A stretch of 63,353 nucleotides of DNA, filler included, from Octopus bimaculoides (Eukaryota), in assembly GCF_001194135.2 (NCBI RefSeq). It is 11 parts of 9 records of this genome, joined end to end, with 100 filler letters (N's around TTAATTAATTAA, not from the genome) between each part and the next. Parts side by side here need not be neighbours in the genome. Positions count along the whole stretch, not along the records: positions 61,482 to 63,353 come from NC_068987.1; 10 more parts are not named here. One strand, given 5' to 3'. A program made the translations under genes and the position numbers. The notes under the pieces are model-generated. The model saw nothing but the letters and a program-made list of their open reading frames with translations. It searched no databases and had not been told where the DNA came from. Shown piece by piece: positions 63,135-63,353 of this stretch (positions are counted from its first letter, which is position 1; every line of letters begins with the position of its first letter).

Positions 63135-63180
63135 AACACAACGTTTTCGCTGATATACCCTCCAGCCTTCTTCAGGTGTC
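63135..63180 (-). ncRNA. Minimal type I hammerhead-like motif in a probable Penelope pLTR fragment (~63075-63210)
   Basis: GACAC-CUGAAGA-AG-GCUG-loop-CAGC-GAAAA-CG-UU-GUGUU: 5-bp stem I, 4-bp stem II; one A too many after G12. Confidence 0.6.
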
Positions 63181-63211
63181 TAGGGGAAATTTCGAACCTG
63201 GGATCTCATTC

Positions 63212-63353
63212 CTAAGGTATTTTATTATTATTATTATCATTATTATTATTATCATTATTATTATGGTTCAGTAGTTTTATTTTTATAACGTGCTTTCACT
63301 TCACTACCGAGCGCAGCTCTGTGTGCCTTGGGTATGTGCTGTGGTTTGCTGTG
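63212..63353 (-). mobile_element. R4/Dong LINE 3' UTR with (TAA)n-like tail, same subfamily as 24063-24396
   Basis: 63255-63353 is the reverse complement of ~24195-24285 (CACAGCAAACCACAGCACATACCCAAGGCAC...). Confidence 0.85.

Noticed and set aside
11-63215. Dozens of ORFs rich in YI/HT/CV/MYV/ER, poly-H/I/D/M, or X
   Set aside because: Translations of microsatellites and N gaps; no coding evidence.

Overview
AT-rich, microsatellite- and transposon-dense animal draft-assembly sequence. The SINE/LINE repertoire and a long tandem C2H2 zinc-finger gene suggest an octopod cephalopod (inference, not verified). Ten identical artificial 100-bp linkers (N44-TTAATTAATTAA-N44) show that the window is 11 separately assembled pieces, so adjacency across them is not evidence. 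The only well-supported host gene is an intronless 768-aa ORF with 25 C2H2 fingers (45894-48200, +). Directly upstream is a short duplicate of its 5' end, interrupted by a Merlin-type non-autonomous element. The rest is decayed mobile DNA: Tc1 (DD34E), mariner, two DD37D/maT-like remnants, a hAT-like transposase, a head-to-tail array of R4/Dong LINEs in (TAA)n, a Tx1/L1 pile-up, Penelope-like remnants, Helitron-like ends and about 20 SINE copies. The least expected signal is seven type I hammerhead-ribozyme-like folds found by eye, several in foldback or tandem-repeat contexts. All structures were folded manually and none was tested computationally.
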